From an uncultured Chloroflexia bacterium (GTDB lineage Bacteria; Chloroflexota; Dehalococcoidia; DSTF01; JALHUB01), in assembly GCA_963726245.1 (NCBI GenBank), contig CAVSBT010000017.1, forward strand, positions 64,001 through 128,000: DNA of 64,000 nucleotides. Reading direction: 5' to 3'. Shown here piece after piece: positions 63,222 through 64,000 of the stretch. The notes beneath the pieces are model-generated. The model saw only the letters and a list, made by a program, of their open reading frames with translations, made no database searches and had not been told where the DNA came from. Each line of letters begins with the position of its first letter. Within the stretch, counting starts at the first letter, position 1. The position numbers and the translations under genes are program-made.

Positions 63222-64000
63222 ATGCTAGCCCAGAGAGTCGCGAGCGCCGTGGTGGGGCTCCCGATCATCGTCGGCCTTGTGCTGCTCGGCGGGGGACCGT
63301 ACACGGCGGTGGTGGCCCTTGTCCTGCTGGTGGCCACGCTGGAGTTCGAAGCGCCGCTGCTGGGCTGGCGGCACCCCCTGGCCCTGCTGGCCGCGTCCCT
63401 ATCGGCGGCCCTGGCCGCGGGCGCCCTCGTGGGGGCGGACTGGCTCATCTGGTTCGGGACGGGCCTGGTGATCCTGCCACTGCTCTTCGTCACCCTGGCC
63501 GGCGACCCCGATACCGGCCTCCAGCACTGGCTCTGGGCAGTCGGGGGCGTGCTCTACCTGGGCTGGTTGGGAAGCCACCTGGTGCTGCTCCGCGAGGCCC
63601 CCGACGGACGCGACTGGGTGCTGCTGGTTCTACTCGCCACCTTCGCCACCGACACGTCGTCCTACTTCGTGGGACGGGCCGTGGGGCGGCGGCCGCTGGC
63701 CTCCCGCATCAGCCCAGGCAAGACCGTCGAGGGCGCGATTGGCGGCGTCTTCTTCGGGCTGGCCGCGGTTCTTCTGCTCAACTACTTCCTGGGTCTGCGC
63801 AAGGAGGCCGCCCTCATCGTGCCGCTGGCGGTGCTGCTGCCCCTGGCCGCCGAGCTGGGCGACCTGGCGGAATCGCTCCTCAAGCGCGGGATGCAGATCA
63901 AGGACGCCAGCCCCCTCGTCCCGGGGCATGGCGGCCTCATGGACCGCCTGGACAGCGTCCTCTTCACAGGCGTCGTGCTATACTACTATCTACTGTGGAT
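63222..64000 (+). CDS. cdsA: phosphatidate cytidylyltransferase (runs off the window end)
   Basis: 'DTSSYFVG', 'ISPGKTVEGAIGG', 'GDLAESLLKR..IKD...PGHGGLMDRLDS'. Confidence 0.95.
   Translation, partial: MLAQRVASAVVGLPIIVGLVLLGGGPYTAVVALVLLVATLEFEAPLLGWRHPLALLAASLSAALAAGALVGADWLIWFGTGLVILPLLFVTLAGDPDTGLQHWLWAVGGVLYLGWLGSHLVLLREAPDGRDWVLLVLLATFATDTSSYFVGRAVGRRPLASRISPGKTVEGAIGGVFFGLAAVLLLNYFLGLRKEAALIVPLAVLLPLAAELGDLAESLLKRGMQIKDASPLVPGHGGLMDRLDSVLFTGVVLYYYLLW

Overview
High-GC bacterial chromosome segment. Gene content and style suggest Chloroflexota, probably Dehalococcoidia-like (inference from the short EF-Ts, many Pro/Thr-linker lipoproteins and a type IV pilus locus with no secretin). 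Housekeeping blocks flank the window: purA, mug, ffh-rpsP-khpA-rimM, dnaJ-prmA-rsmE and rpsU on the left; rpsB-tsf-pyrH-frr-uppS-cdsA on the right. Between tRNA-Lys(TTT) at 20791-20866 and rpsB lies a ~38 kb accessory region. It holds a small islet bounded by a copy of the tRNA 3' end, a NarX/NarL-type two-component system, a TetR gene plus a MacAB-like ABC exporter with a ~900-aa adaptor, a complete type IVa pilus cluster, a glucoamylase/glucose dehydrogenase/gnd module, a trypsin-like lipoprotein, and a GGDEF/HD-GYP protein built from near-identical duplicated DNA modules. The most unusual item is a ~860-aa minor pilin: a pilin domain joined by Thr-Pro stalks to a beta-rich domain and a threefold-repeat domain. 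It is a candidate self-contained tip adhesin in a locus that lacks pilY1 and pilQ. Many genes, including essential ones, have small frameshifts that look like uncorrected long-read errors, so split ORFs are reported as single genes. No CRISPR array, integrase, transposase or rRNA was seen. Family assignments come from motif recognition, not database searches.
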